Part shown: piece by piece, positions 25,303 to 37,869 of the stretch
How positions within the stretch are numbered: position 1 is the stretch's first letter
How the letters are laid out: the number at the start of each line of letters is the position of its first letter
Assembly: GCA_030390025.1 (NCBI GenBank)
Contig: CM059432.1
Span: 112,904,001 to 112,968,000, forward strand
Origin: Squalus acanthias
Lineage: Eukaryota
DNA length: 64,000 nt
Reading direction: 5' to 3'
The notes under the pieces: model-generated
The model's database searches: none
Seen by the model: the letters and a program-made list of their open reading frames with translations, nothing else
Told to the model about the DNA's origin: nothing
Made by a program: the position numbers and the translations under genes

Positions 25303-26862
25303 TATGAATTGTTTTTTTTTCACTGTCTTCCTCAGCCAATTGAATGATGATCTGCAGGCAGAAAGCACCTCCCCTTTAAGAGGTGCAGACTGCCTTTAAG
25401 TAGTGCAGGCTAGCTTTAATTGGTGCTACCCTCGCACGAACTTGGACCCCCTGCTGAGCGTTCAGCCACTTAGCAGCGCATTCAGTGCTGGGCTGAACCC
25501 TGCAATCATACTAATCAGCAGGCAGCCCGAAGTTCGCGGGCTGCCTGCAGTCCTCCAAACAGGCGTGGGTTGCCAGCGCATCGCGATCCACGCGCCCATT
25601 TTTGGGGGCAAAACCAATTTTTAGTCCCATGTATCTAAACAATACATGCTCTAGATAAGATGAGGGTTAAGCTGTGAGTTACTACGTGACATTTTTGCAA
25701 AAGACTGAACTGTCACTTTTTGTCTAATAAACAGGTAGGTTCTGGTGAACTGGAGTTGGCTTATGAGGTCTAATGGAAGAATAGGACTGAGCATGCCTGT
25801 AAGCAAGTGATTGTAAGTGTGAAATATGGGAGTGTTATCAATTAATACCAGCATGTGTACATAAAAAGGTGATTGTAAGTGTAAAAATGTGGGAGCAGAA
25901 GAACATATGGAAGTGAACATGTTTGTATAAAAAGGTGAATGTGGATGTGAAAGGAAATGGATAACCATGAGTGTACCTGTGAAAGTGGATGATTGAGTGG
26001 ATGTGGTTGAATGCGAGTAAGTGCAGAGTTGTGCAACTTGGCGGCGATCTGCCTGTGCCGTCTGGTATAGTGTAGCTGGGCATGTCATTGAGTTGAGCAA
26101 GGCATTGCGGTGCTTAGAGCAGGCTCGGCCTTTGTTTGGACAAGGTGAGGGTTCTATTTGGGTGGGGGTTGTTTACGTGAAGTTGCACTATATGGAGGTA
26201 ATAGAATGATAAAACCAGAACAGACCAAACTGGGCTGCCCTTGAAAGCAATTATTCACCTGTATACGGTACACTAGGATTGTGACGCCAGTTTGAATTGG
26301 CATTAGGTACTTACATAAGTTTGCTCTGAATCTAGAGTTTTTCATTTGTATTTGTTCATTTGTTTTATCAATAGTCTGCTAAATTGTTATTTCATTATTA
26401 TTGTAAAGACTGTTCTGCACGAAATCCGTTCAATTTAGCAGACTTTATATGCTAATGTAAGAAAATTGAATGAAATTATAAATCCCCCTCCCTCTATAAG
26501 TTACCCTTGTAACTACTGCCGAATTTTCAATCAGATTTATTACAATTCAGTCATATTTCAAAAGAGTGGTCTAGATCAAAAATAGTGTATTCACACCATA
26601 GGTACATCAGGAGACAATCCAACTGTCTTTAAATATGTCAAGCCATCAATGCTGCTTAACAAGCGACACATTCTCAAATGTAAAGGGATTTGATCCAAAT
26701 TTGGGGGAAAAAATCTCCTCTCATGGGATTTCTTTATCTTAGTGTGGACTGCAGTTGGTCCTGAATATTAATTTATGGCTAGTCAGTGATGCACTCATAC
26801 TGGCAGTTTTTTTAACCACATCCCCCCCCCCCTTCTCTTGTGCCCCACACACACAGACACAT

Positions 26863-27330
26863 AGGGGGAAGTTTTAACCCCCCTCCCCAACGGGTGGGGA
26901 TAAGTGTTTGGGGGGGGGGTTAAATCAGAAAATTTGTGAAACCCGACCCCAACCCGTGGCAATCGCGCCTTCTTCTGTTTTAACTGAGGGTGGTTTGGGG
27001 CATCCAAGTAACCCGCTCTGGAGAGGCGGGTCCCTGATTATAATATTCAAATGAAGCTCCATTCCTGATATTTTGGCAGGCATTTAAATTTAATGCTGGC
27101 CGGCCGCGATTCGCAGGGCTCGGGGAAACTAAAGGGAGGCAGGAGCAGCCAGATCCAGCAGATAAGTACTGTTTCGAGCACTGCTTGTCGGCCAGGAGGA
27201 GCAGGAGTGCTTCCCCCGGCCCCTCAAGCAAATCTTCTGACCCCACCCCTCCAAACACGTGACCTCTCCCTTCCTCAGGTATGCCGGTCCAACCCCCGCC
27301 CCCCCACCAACCTGCAGTTGGAATCTGATT
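26863..27330. mobile_element. Truncated Harbinger-like MITE
   Basis: gggggaagttttaaccccc start, acccgaccccaacccg and ggccaggaggagcaggagtgc blocks shared with 15039-15640. Confidence 0.5.
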
Positions 27331-27376
27331 AAACTCTTTATGACCCGAAACTGCCAGAGCTACAATTTGCTTTAAT

Positions 27377-27495
27377 TTCCCACATTACAACAGTGACTCC
27401 ACTTCAAAAATACTTCATTGGCTGTAAAGCACTTTGAGACGTCCAGTGGTTGTGAAAGGCGCTATATAAATGCAAGTCTTTCCTTTCTTTCTTTT
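27377..27495 (+). mobile_element. Deu-SINE 3' tail fragment
   Basis: Near-identical to 1612-1722. Confidence 0.75.
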
Positions 27496-27929
27496 TAAAT
27501 ATATATTTTGAGGAGAATCTTTTTTCACCCAGTTAAAGAATGTCGGTGTTAGGGGAATCAAGCAAAGCCGTTTTGCTCAGCCAATGCCGAGTAAAGCACC
27601 CTGTATCTTAACACTAAACTCAGAGTAGCTCCTCTTATTGCATCAGTGTGATTGTTTTATTTTTCACTCTCGGCTCCTGGCTGAATGAGAAGAGTTCTTT
27701 GGCATTAGTCTAGGCTGGATTCTAACCCAGATCCCAGTGGGGTAAAATGTACGATTTAGCACTTCTGGTAGAGAGATTTGTGCAACAGGAGCACTGAAAT
27801 TCAGGACCAGAGGCCATCATTCCCGATTCATGGCTTGCACGATTTCCCATTCACTAATTTCAGTGGGTGGGAAATCATGAAGGCTGCAAATCAGACTCGG
27901 ATATCTCTGTGCCTAAAATCCCAATATGT

Positions 27930-28435
27930 TATGTTATGTTATGTACTTAGGATGAGAAAAAGTCATCAGGCCCATACATGCTCACCCCATTTCTTATTGG
28001 GCTCATTCCTATATCCCCCATTCCCAACCTTCTTGGAGAGACAGAAAATCAGAGAGACCCACGGCCAATTCAGGAATCTCTGTCATATATTCCCCTCCAA
28101 CACTTCAGTGGTGATCAGGTAAGCCCCAGGAGCCCCCAACCTAAAGTTTTACCTTCCTTCTGCGGTGGTCTTGTAGTTTCCCAAAAATGAGTCTAATGCC
28201 TTTTTGAAGGACTGCAGGGAGCCTGCCCTCACTACCACCCCCGAAATGCTGTTGCACAGGTCAATCACCCTCTGCGAAAAATAAACCTTCTGCCCACCCA
28301 ACCTCATTCCATGCTTGGTCAATTTAATTGGATGGCCCCTAGTTCTATCCCACTCCATCACCTCAATCTATCCATGTATATGTTAGCACTGCCCTGAATA
28401 TTTTTGAATATTTGAATCAGATCCCCACTAAGGCT
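27930..28435 (-). mobile_element. Old CR1 LINE 3' fragment
   Basis: ORF 28149-28361 RTRGHPIKL...YFSQRVIDLCNSI...SFKKALDSFL is the CR1 ORF2 C-terminus. (atgtt)n tail near 27930. Confidence 0.75.
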
Positions 28436-30094
28436 ATGCACAAAGCTCTGCGTCAGGATCGCTGAATCATAAAATGTAACTCAGTATCCTAACACACTGG
28501 ACTGCCCCCAGTTCCCTGACACTGAGGTGCTGCTGTATCTGAGTATCAGGCTGTGCTGCTGCAGCACTGCTGACATTTTCTGGGCATTGCGCAGGCTCCC
28601 TCTTTGTGGTGGGGGTCCCACCGGGAGCCTTCCCTACATTGAGAAGATACACTGGGATTTGTACAAACAGAACAGTACTGAGGTTCTAATGTGATAACAC
28701 ACTCATACAACTTTTGCACCCTACCAGACGTAGCATACTCATGACTTGCTGGTCATTTGTTGTACAGACGGGGGACACGTTCCTATCACACAGGGCACCA
28801 CTGGAGTCCACCTGTTTGCACTTTACTCTTTAATTCCAGTTGGCTGCAAACTCAGACTCTGGTTTCCTGCAGAGCAGGCACTGGCATGGTTAATATCAGG
28901 GAATATAGATGCAGAGAATTGTACTGACAAACTGCACTCAAAGAAATAGCAAATTCATTTTTATTTAATTAAAGGTCTTTATTAGGTTCAGGAAGTGATG
29001 CCCGTAAGGTCATTGATAGGTTACTTGAAAACCTCACTTTGGGATTCAGACCACATATTTTGCTCTTTCTGAATACCACACTGTAGGCTTGCGTGGCACT
29101 ACCCTCGGGTGCTTTCACAAACCTTCGTTACCGGAAATCATCTGTGATAGCGCAGACCAGGCTAAATTGAGATCAGAGCCTTAAGGAAATGTGATATACA
29201 TTTATAATTTTTTCCCATCACATTTGCATGTGCAAAGAAATTGCTGGAACAGGGAACAAAATGGACTTCAGAAGAGATGGCTTCAGAAATGTATTCAAAG
29301 CCATGTAAAAAAAAAAATGTTAGATTATTATTGCAAATTATTGGGGAGATATTTAATTTAATGCAATTTTGGAATCAGACAGAACTGTGTTATCAAAAAT
29401 ACCAGTACACAGCTTCCAAAACCACGCCAGTACTTAAACAAAAAAGGTCAAAACTTAAAAGCTGCAGACTTTGGTGTGAAATTCTTGGGGGAAAAGATGT
29501 CACAGACTGTTAAATGGTGTTATTTTTAGGCTTCTCTGCCTTCCTGAGTTTGGTTGTGTAATACAGAAAAATGTCAGTTGTCAGAAGCCTTTCAGCTATC
29601 CAAACTCACTAGTGCACTTGTAGCTCCCTCATATCCTTAAACAAGAAGTTTCAGTGGTTACCAAGCATAAGGAGACTGTTTAATGTCTTCACAAGTTACC
29701 TATGTGTGCGTAATTGTATTTGAAGATCCAGTGGCAGAGAGCTGGAGGTAGGCCATGTACAATGCTCTTTTGGTCAAAGATTAGCAGAAGGAAGCAAGGA
29801 TCTAAAGAGAAAAATAATTAAAATTAACATTCAGCACTTAAGGATTTTCCATATTCTCTTCTTGTTTACTTCCAGTGATTTTTCTCCCAAAACAATTGCT
29901 TTTAGATCCTTAGCAAATTCTGCAGCAGAAGCCTTTTCTCAAATTCAACGTGTGTTTGTGTCACCTTCTGCTTACTTGTTGAACAGAATTTTTGAGGCTC
30001 AGCTATGCTATTTTCAGCGATGCTTAACCTAAAGTCAGTGTTGTAGTTACCTTTCACGATGTGTTTTTAGTTTTCACCTTTTTACCCAGATGTA

Positions 30095-32341
30095 GAGGCT
30101 GAAATTCTGGGAGCTAGAGGATGGAAAAATGGCATAATCCTGTCAGGGAGGCAATTTGGAGCAGTACCCGGATTTGCTGGGTTTGCGAGCCCACTGGGCC
30201 AAACTTCCTCTAAGGTTCCCCCCTGCTCTAGCCCTGAACTCACATCTTTCTCCAGTTTCTCTCCGATCTCCCTTCATGATCTCTCTGCGCTCATCTTGTC
30301 TATGAGACCCACCTCCTGCGCCCTCGACCCTATTCCCGCCAAACTGCTGACAACCCAACTTCCTTTTCTGGCTCCCCTGTTAGCTGATATTGTTTACGGT
30401 TCTCTCTCCTCAGGTACTGTCCCCCTCGCCCTCAAATCTTCCATCATCACCCCTCTCCTCAAAAAAACAAACCTTGATCCCTCCGTCCTTGCAAACTACT
30501 GCCCAATCTCCAACCTCCCTTTCCTCTCCAAAGTCCTTGAATGTGTTGTTGCTTCCCAAATCCGTGCCCATCTTTCCCGCAATTCCATGTTTGAATCCCT
30601 CCAATCAGGTTTCCGCCCTTGCCACAGTACCGAAACGGCTCTCATCAAAGTCACAAATTACATCCTTTGTGACTGTGACAAATGTAAACTATCCCTCCTC
30701 GTCATTCTTGACTTGTCTGCAGCCTTTGACACGGTTGACAACTCCATCCTTCTCCAATGCTTCTCCACCATCGTCCAGCTGGGTGGGACTGCACTCGCCT
30801 GGTTCCATTCTTATCTATCTAATCGTAACCAGAGAATCACCTGCAACGGCTTCCCTTCCCGCTCCCGCATCGTTACCTCTGGTGTCCCCCAAGGATCTAT
30901 CCTTGGCCCCTCCTATTTCTCATCTACATGTTGCCCCTTGGCGACATCATCTGAAAACACAGTGTCAGTTTCCACATGTACGCTGACGACACCCAGTTCT
31001 ACCTCACTACCTCTTCTTTCGACCCCTCCACGGTGTCTAAATTGTCAGACTGCTTGTCCGACATATAGTTCTGGACGAGCAAAAATTTTCTCCGATTAAA
31101 TATTGGGAAAACCGAAGCCATTGTTTTCGGTCCCTGCCACAAACTCCGTTCCCTAGCCACTGACTCCATCCCTCTTCCTAACATCTGTCTGAGGCTGAAC
31201 CACACTGTTCGCAACCTTCGTCTCATATTTGACCCTGAAATAAGCTTCCAACCACATATCCGCAGCATAACAAAGACCGCCTACTTCCACCTCCGTAACA
31301 TCGCCCGTCTCCATCCTTGCCTGAGCTCATCCGCTGTTGAACCCCTTATCCATGCCTTTGTTACCTATCGACTTGACTATTCCAACGCACTCCTGGTTGG
31401 CCTCCCACATTCCACCCTACGTAAACTTGAGGTCATCCAAAACTCGGCTGCCCATGTCCTAACTCGCACCAAGTCCCGTTCGCCCATCATCCCTGTGCCC
31501 GCTGCCCTACATTGGCTCCCAGTTAAGCAGCGCCTCAATTTCAAAATTCTCATCTTTGTTTTCAAATCCCTCCATGGCCTCGCCCTTGCCTATCTCTGTA
31601 ATCTCCATCAGCCCCACAACCCCCCGAGATATCTGCGCTCCTCTAATTCTGCCCTCTTGAGGATCCCTGATTATAATTGCTCAACCTTTGGTGGCCATGC
31701 CTTCTGTTGCCTAGGCCCTAAGCTCTGGAATTCCCTGCCTAAACCTGTCCGCCTCGCTACCTCTCTTTCCACCTTTAAGACGCTCCTTAAAACCTACCTC
31801 TTTGACCAAGCTTTTGGTCACCTGCCCTAATTTGGATCGGTGCAAAAAAATTTTTTGTCTTAAAATACTCCTGTGCAGCGCCTTGGGACGTTTTACTACG
31901 TTAAAGGCGCTATATAACTACAGGTTGTTGTTGTTGTTGTTACTGCCACTTGCATCTCTCTGCAGAGAGCAGCTATGAGTCCAGTACTGGGCCTTAAGCA
32001 GGCTCCAATACTGCTGGTAGTTGTAGCAATTGATCCCAGAGGGATCTTTCCAATCTTGTCCCTTTCCTTCCTGAGGGACAAGCAGAAATCTTTTGGTCAG
32101 TTTTCTTTGGTCCTCCCCGGACCTTGGGTTCCCCCTGTCGGAGCAGCAAGCTGCCACTCTGACCTCCGCCAGCTCATCAGGGCGGGGTCACTTGCTGCAC
32201 ATCTGCAGTTGCCGGCCACCTGCCCTGACTGTAGAAATGACAATGTGATATGAGGGGAGGGGGTCAACACCTGGGCAAAGGGACAGGCAGAAGTCTGCCA
32301 TATTTGCACCCCCTTACAATGTTCCCCGGAATATCAGGCCC
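30095..32341. mobile_element. Harbinger-like MITE split by an L2 insertion
   Basis: TIRs gaggctgaaattctggg and cccggaatatcaggccc (13/17), flanks gta/gca. Confidence 0.55.
30190..31941 (+). mobile_element. 5'-truncated L2-clade LINE (RT pseudogene plus 3'UTR)
   Basis: ORF 30296-31099 has NYCPISNLPFLSKVLE, QSGFRPCHSTETAL, LDLSAAFDTV, GVPQGSILGP. Frameshift near 30910, YADD (tacgctgacgac) near 30979, stop at 31830, (gtt)n tail. Confidence 0.93.
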
Positions 32342-32563
32342 GCAGACTTTTTCACTATCATTAGTGAATGCAGGAAAATGCTCCCCAATATATTTCTTGA
32401 TGTCAGATTCAGAATGACATAAGGTTTGTACCTGAGAGACTGCAAATGTTTAAATGTAAAAATGTTATAGCATCCTCAATTTTTATTGAATTTCACATGA
32501 CGCACACATATATCCCCACTGAGCCATCACAGCCCAAACTGTTTTCTCTGCATTGAGATGGGA

Positions 32564-32702
32564 GGGTGAAACTGTCCTTCGGCGGTAGCACTTAATGGGC
32601 GATAATGAATTGGCAATGGAAAAGGAAATCGGTCGGGGTGTAAAACAGGCTGCCAATTCGTTAACGTTTATTTTGCGCTGCCACCGACGACCAATTTCAC
32701 CA
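32564..32702. mobile_element. Short fold-back MITE-like element
   Basis: Inverted arms ggtgaaactgtccttcggcggtagc and gctgccaccgacgaccaatttcacc. Confidence 0.5.
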
Positions 32703-32789
32703 TGGGAACGCTTAAAGTTAAAATCATTTTCATTTTGTTTTTGTGCCAGTTTTGAGCTGCTTCATGTTATATTGTGATGATTGTCACAA

Positions 32790-33243
32790 GGGCAACACGG
32801 TGGCATAGTGGTTAGCACTGGTGCCTCACAGCGCCAGGGACCCGGGTTCGAATCTAGCCTCGGGTGACTGTCTGTGTGGAGTTTGCACATTCTCCCCGTG
32901 TCTGCGTGGGTTTCCTCCGGGTGCTCCGGTTTCCTCCCACAGTCCAAAAATGTGCGGGTTAGGTTGATTTGGCTATGATAAATTGACCCTTAGTGTTAGG
33001 GGGGGATTAAATATGTGGGGTTACAGGGATAGGATGGGATATGTTAGGGGGAATTAAATACGTGGGGTTATGGGGATAGGGTGGGATATGTGTCGGTGCA
33101 GGCTCGATGGGGATTCTGTGTGAGAAAGCAGGGACAGGGTACTGGATTTGGATGATCAGCCATGATCGTATTGAATGGTGGAGCAGGCTCGACGGGCCGA
33201 ATGGCCTACTCCTGCTCCTAGTCTCTATGTTTCTATGTTTCTA
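32790..33243 (+). mobile_element. HE1-like V-SINE
   Basis: Nearly identical to 5247-5682. Confidence 0.9.
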
Positions 33244-33351
33244 CCTCAATACCATTAAGTGTTCTCAATTTTTTTTTAAAATTCAGCAAACAATTAAGTT
33301 AAACTGTTTGAAAATACTTTAAAAAATTCAAACCGAAGCTTCAGACTGTTC

Positions 33352-33760
33352 CGATGGCACAGTAGGTAAATGCATCACCTGGTTAGATAATAGACATAAG
33401 GACCAGTTTAGCCTTCAGTCTATGCTAAATCAGTTGACCTCAGTTAGGACAGGAGTAAGGAGCATTACAGTTATACAATGTCTGGGGACGATGTGAAAAA
33501 AATCATCCAGGATTCCCACTTCTGATCACAGTCCAAAGCCTCGTGCTGCAAAGTGTGTGTTTGTGTATATGTGTGTGTGTGTGGGGGGGGGGGGGGGCAT
33601 GCAGGATCAGGCTCAGCTTTGGTGCCTTCTATGGTCAAATAGTTTGTTAGCGCTCACTGTTGAGGCTCATATGTAAACGATGATCAATTGGTGTTCGAGG
33701 GCAGCCAGCCAGTGAAACCATGCCCAGCTCGTCATCGCTTTCAGAAGAGGGGGCAAGAAA
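33352..33760 (+). mobile_element. Old SINE-like repeat (family of 4725-5075) with internal (gt)n and poly-G
   Basis: Shared blocks caggatcaggctcagc and ggtcaaatagtttgttagcgctcactgt. Confidence 0.5.
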
Positions 33761-35577
33761 AGGAGATAAAATAAAATGTGGCCAATAACAGCAGCACATG
33801 TCGAGACCAGTGGTTTTTGTTTATTATGTAAAATAAACCACTCCTGTTGCCTTCAACACAACTGACTCTCACCTGCAACACTCATGATTTATGCAGTTGC
33901 TGCCACTGCGTGGTTTACTCTAAACCACCAGTCCCTGACATGTGTCTAAAGAGAGAATTCCTTACTGACGTGCATAAGCTGAACCAACAGTCCCTTTAGG
34001 GCACTGCAGGAGACATCTACATCAGTGACGACCAAGTGACAGTTCACTGCTGTTAAAGTCTTGGTAAAGTGTACTAAAGTGTTAGCAGAATATGTCATAA
34101 TATGGGCTAAGTACATTGAGCTGTTATTCATACCTGTCAAGTCTCATTGATCGGAAGTGAATCTCACTCATTATGGTTTAAAAAAGTAACCTGTTTTGAT
34201 GTGTCTCATCTATATAATTAAAACACTTGCCTGTAGTATACATGCATAGTATGTGAGAAATATATGGAAATATATGTTACTTGCACACTTGAAAGTGTTA
34301 CATATGCAAACTATATATCACATTTGTATCTGATTGGTTCAGATATATTCATAAAAAAGGAACAAATCAAAACAATCCTTGTTAACAGAATGGTACTGAT
34401 TACCTGAAATTTCACTAAACAGTTTGCAAACTGGGTAGGAAAACTACCGATGAACAAAGCCACTAGTTTGGGATTTTTGTAGAATGCAATCTCTGAAACA
34501 TCTGTAAAAATCCCAGGATCCCAAGTAATAAAAAGAATTACTCTATTCAATCAACGTGAATCAGAGGCTCTAACTATAAACAGGCAAAATCCCCAAAACA
34601 TTGATAAAAAAATGCCAGAATCCTGTCTAACAAAAAGACAATTTGATTCCAAACCAGTGCCCTGCCAATGAAAACCAGCAAACAATTACGAAGGGACTGG
34701 CAAAGGGTGATAAATGAATTTTAGGAAAATATTTTTGAAACCGTTTTAGCTATCATCTTGTTCTGAAAAATAAGCAGCTCTGCGTTCTTAAATGGCTTTG
34801 CAATCTTTCTCTCTATTTTTGATCGCAATTCTTACTTTTGACAGTTCCTCGATGCTGACAGCTCTGGTTAGAGTATGTCGAAGTATTGGTCAGATTATGT
34901 CAAAATATAACCAGAACAATGTTGAAATATTAGTTAAGCATCTTATATAATTAGTTAAGTATATTGAAGTTGTAGCCATTTATGTTAAAACACAGGTTTA
35001 AATGTGCTTAAATATTCTTTGTGTTGTAAGTTCCACTCCCCCAGGATTATTTGAATGTAATTTATTAGACTTTAACATTTCTCAATTTAACTAATACTTT
35101 TATATATCCTTTGACAACGATAAAACACTATCTACCATTATTAGATAAATGTAGCTTACATTAATAGAGAATCTTGGATTGATCTTTCCAATTGGGGATG
35201 TGACAATCCAAAGATGCTCTCCCTTAGTCCAGTGTGTTTGAATAACTAACATACTACAGTTGATGGAATTGTAATCACAGGCAATCACTCGCACAGATAA
35301 CAGCAAATTAAGCAAAGGCTACACTCCTGACTCAACAAAAGTGTGGATTGGGGAGTCATTAGGTGTCAGCCATAACTCAGTGGTCGCTGATCCTTATGCC
35401 TCTGAGTCAGAAGTCCCACTCCAGAGACTTAAGCACAAAAATCTAGGCTGACACTCCAGTGCAGTACTGAGACAGTGCTGCACTGTCGGAGGTGCCGTCT
35501 TTTGGATGAGACGTTAAACCGAGGCCCCGTCTGCCCTCTCAGGTGAACGTAAAAGATCCCACGGCACTATTTCAAAG

Positions 35578-37081
35578 AATTCATTAGACTCGGGAACAGT
35601 GCCCATGGATTGGAGGGTAGCTAACGTTACCCCACTATTCAAAAAGGGGGGTAGGGAAAAAGCAGGTAATTACAGACCTGTAAGCCTTACATCAGTTGTG
35701 GGCAAAATGCTGGAGTCTATCATTAAGGATGAAATAGCGGAGCACTTAGCAAATGGGGACAGGATAGGACAGAGTCAACATGGATTTACAAAGGGTAAAT
35801 CGTGCTTGACTAATCTATTGGAATTTTTTGAGGGAGTAACTGGTAAAATAGATGGGGGAGAGCCAGTAGATGTGGTGTACCTGGACTTCCAAAAGGCCTT
35901 CGATAAGGTCCCACATAAAAGATTAGCAGGGAAAATTGAAGCTCATGGGATAAAGGGGAAAGTATTGACGTGGATAGAGAACTGGCTGTCAGATAGAAAA
36001 CAGAGAGTTGGAATAAACGGCTCATTTTCTGAATGGCAGGCAGTAACAAGTGGGGTACCACAGGGATCTGTCCTGGGTCCCCAGCTGTTCACAATTTACA
36101 TTAATGACCTGGATCAGGGAGTCGGATGCAGCATTTCCAAATTTGCAGACGACACTAAACTAGGAGGGGGGGTGGGCTCAGAGGAGGAGACCAGGAAGCT
36201 CCAGAGCGATTTGGACAGACTGGGTGATTGGGCGGATAAATGGCAGATGCACTATAATGTGGACAAGTGCGAAGTTATCCACCTTGGGTGCAGGAACGGG
36301 AGGGCAAATTATTATTTAAATGGCAATAAATTGGGAGAGGGGGAAGTACAGAGAGACCTGGGTGTTCTTGTACACCAGTCACTGAAGGCGAGCATGCAGG
36401 TGCAACAGGCGATCAAGAAGGCAAACGGTATGCTGGCCTTCATAGCAAAAGGGTTGGAATACAGGAACAGGGATACCTTGCTGCAGCTGTACAGGGCACT
36501 GGTGAGACCACACCTCGAGTACTGTGTACAGTTTTGGTCGCCTCATCTGAGGAAAGATGTTCTTGCCATGGAGGGGGTGCAGCGGCGATTCACCAGGCTG
36601 ATACCAGGAATGGCGGGATTGACCTATGAGGAGAGACTATGTAGTTTAGGGATGTACACACTGGAGTTTAGAAGATTGAGAGGGGACCTCATAGAAGTGT
36701 ATAAAATTCTGACAGGTCTAGACAGACTAGATGCAGAAGGAATGTTTCCCTTGGCGGGTGAGAACAGAACTAGAGGACATAATTTAAGGATAAGGGCTAA
36801 ACCATTTAGGACAGAAATGAGGGGGAATTTCTTCACTCAGAGGGTGGTGAACCTGTGGAACTCATTGCCACAGAGGGCAGTGTACGCCAGCTCATTAAAT
36901 ATATTTAAGAGGGAATTAGATGTATTTCTACAGGCAAAAGGGGTTAAGGGTTACGGAGAGAAGGCGGGGACGGGATACTGAATTGGAGGATCAGCCATGA
37001 TCTCATTAAATGGCGGAGCAGGCTCGAAGGGCCGGATGGCCTACTCCTGCTCCTATCTTCTATGTATCTATGTATCTATGT
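35578..37081 (+). mobile_element. Young 5'-truncated CR1 (HER1-like) LINE
   Basis: Uninterrupted RT reading frame, short 3'UTR, (tatctatg)n-type tail. Confidence 0.95.
35599..36981 (+). CDS. CR1 ORF2 reverse transcriptase and C-terminus (endonuclease lost by 5' truncation; probably not expressed)
   Basis: 460 codons without a stop: NYRPVSLTS, QHGF, YLDFQKAFDKV, GVPQGSVLGP, FADD, RTRGH. The ORF start is a GTG inside the truncated frame, not a real initiation codon. Confidence 0.85.
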   Translation: MPMDWRVANVTPLFKKGGREKAGNYRPVSLTSVVGKMLESIIKDEIAEHLANGDRIGQSQHGFTKGKSCLTNLLEFFEGVTGKIDGGEPVDVVYLDFQKAFDKVPHKRLAGKIEAHGIKGKVLTWIENWLSDRKQRVGINGSFSEWQAVTSGVPQGSVLGPQLFTIYINDLDQGVGCSISKFADDTKLGGGVGSEEETRKLQSDLDRLGDWADKWQMHYNVDKCEVIHLGCRNGRANYYLNGNKLGEGEVQRDLGVLVHQSLKASMQVQQAIKKANGMLAFIAKGLEYRNRDTLLQLYRALVRPHLEYCVQFWSPHLRKDVLAMEGVQRRFTRLIPGMAGLTYEERLCSLGMYTLEFRRLRGDLIEVYKILTGLDRLDAEGMFPLAGENRTRGHNLRIRAKPFRTEMRGNFFTQRVVNLWNSLPQRAVYASSLNIFKRELDVFLQAKGVKGYGEKAGTGY

Positions 37082-37869
37082 AAGAGCAGGGGAGTTCTCC
37101 CCGGTGTCCTGGCCAATATTTATCCCTCAACCAACATCACTGAAACAGATTATCGGGTCATTATCTCATTGCTGTTTGTGGGAGCTTGCTGTGTGCAAAA
37201 TGCATGCCACGTTTCCTACATTACAACAGTGACTACACTTCAAAAGTACTTCATTGGCTGTAAAGGGCTTTGGGATGTCTTGAGGTTGTGAAAGATGCTA
37301 TATAAATGCAAGTTCTTTCTTTACTTTAATAACTGGAAAAATGTGAGCACTGTGAATTGTGCTGCTGACGTCCATGCCTGATGCTCTGTCCCTTGGTTCC
37401 ATTGAGCGAGGCTCTACACTGAGGTTTGGAGCCTCACTGAATTTACTCAAGAACGCAAAAACTTCATTTTTTGTAGTAATATTGTGAAACACCTTACACT
37501 ATATAGCAGAAAACAGTTAGAGGAAAACCTTGTCAGAAATTCAATCCAGGTAGAGAACAGCGCAAAATACATATTTGGGAATGAAAGAAGCTTCTGGTTA
37601 TCAGGATTAAATATTAAGCAACTTGTGAGTGTCTTTATTGCAATTGTAAAAATAAAATGGCAGATTCATTCCACACCAAAGTTCAATGTACAAAATATTT
37701 TATTCATTACATGATTGATTGTAAAGTTTCTTGTGGTAATATTGGTGGCTGTTAGTCATCAATGACAAAACACTTTAGTAAGTGGGGGTGATATTTTTCT
37801 TTAAAACTTTGTGTCGACGACACAGTTTTAAGTCAGATAGAATGGTAGGCCTTTCATAGGTCTGTCTAT

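Larger units (their letters stand above)
22174..25627 (+). mobile_element. Near full-length PIF/Harbinger copy C with both TIRs
   Basis: TIRs ggcctagaaattt and caatttttagtcc, flanks tat/cat (degenerate 3-bp TSD). Transposase on + and three-exon Myb/SANT-like gene on -. Confidence 0.9.
35363..37322 (+). mobile_element. Deu-SINE split into 35363-35579 and 37082-37322 by a CR1 insertion
   Basis: The left half ends ggcactatttcaaagaa and the right half begins aagagcaggggag. These are contiguous in the intact copy at 16683-17133. Confidence 0.9.

Noticed and set aside
25800..26020. Degenerate repeats (gattgtaagtgt...atgtggg)
   Set aside because: Only two or three loose copies in GT-rich low-complexity sequence, with no definable unit or boundaries.
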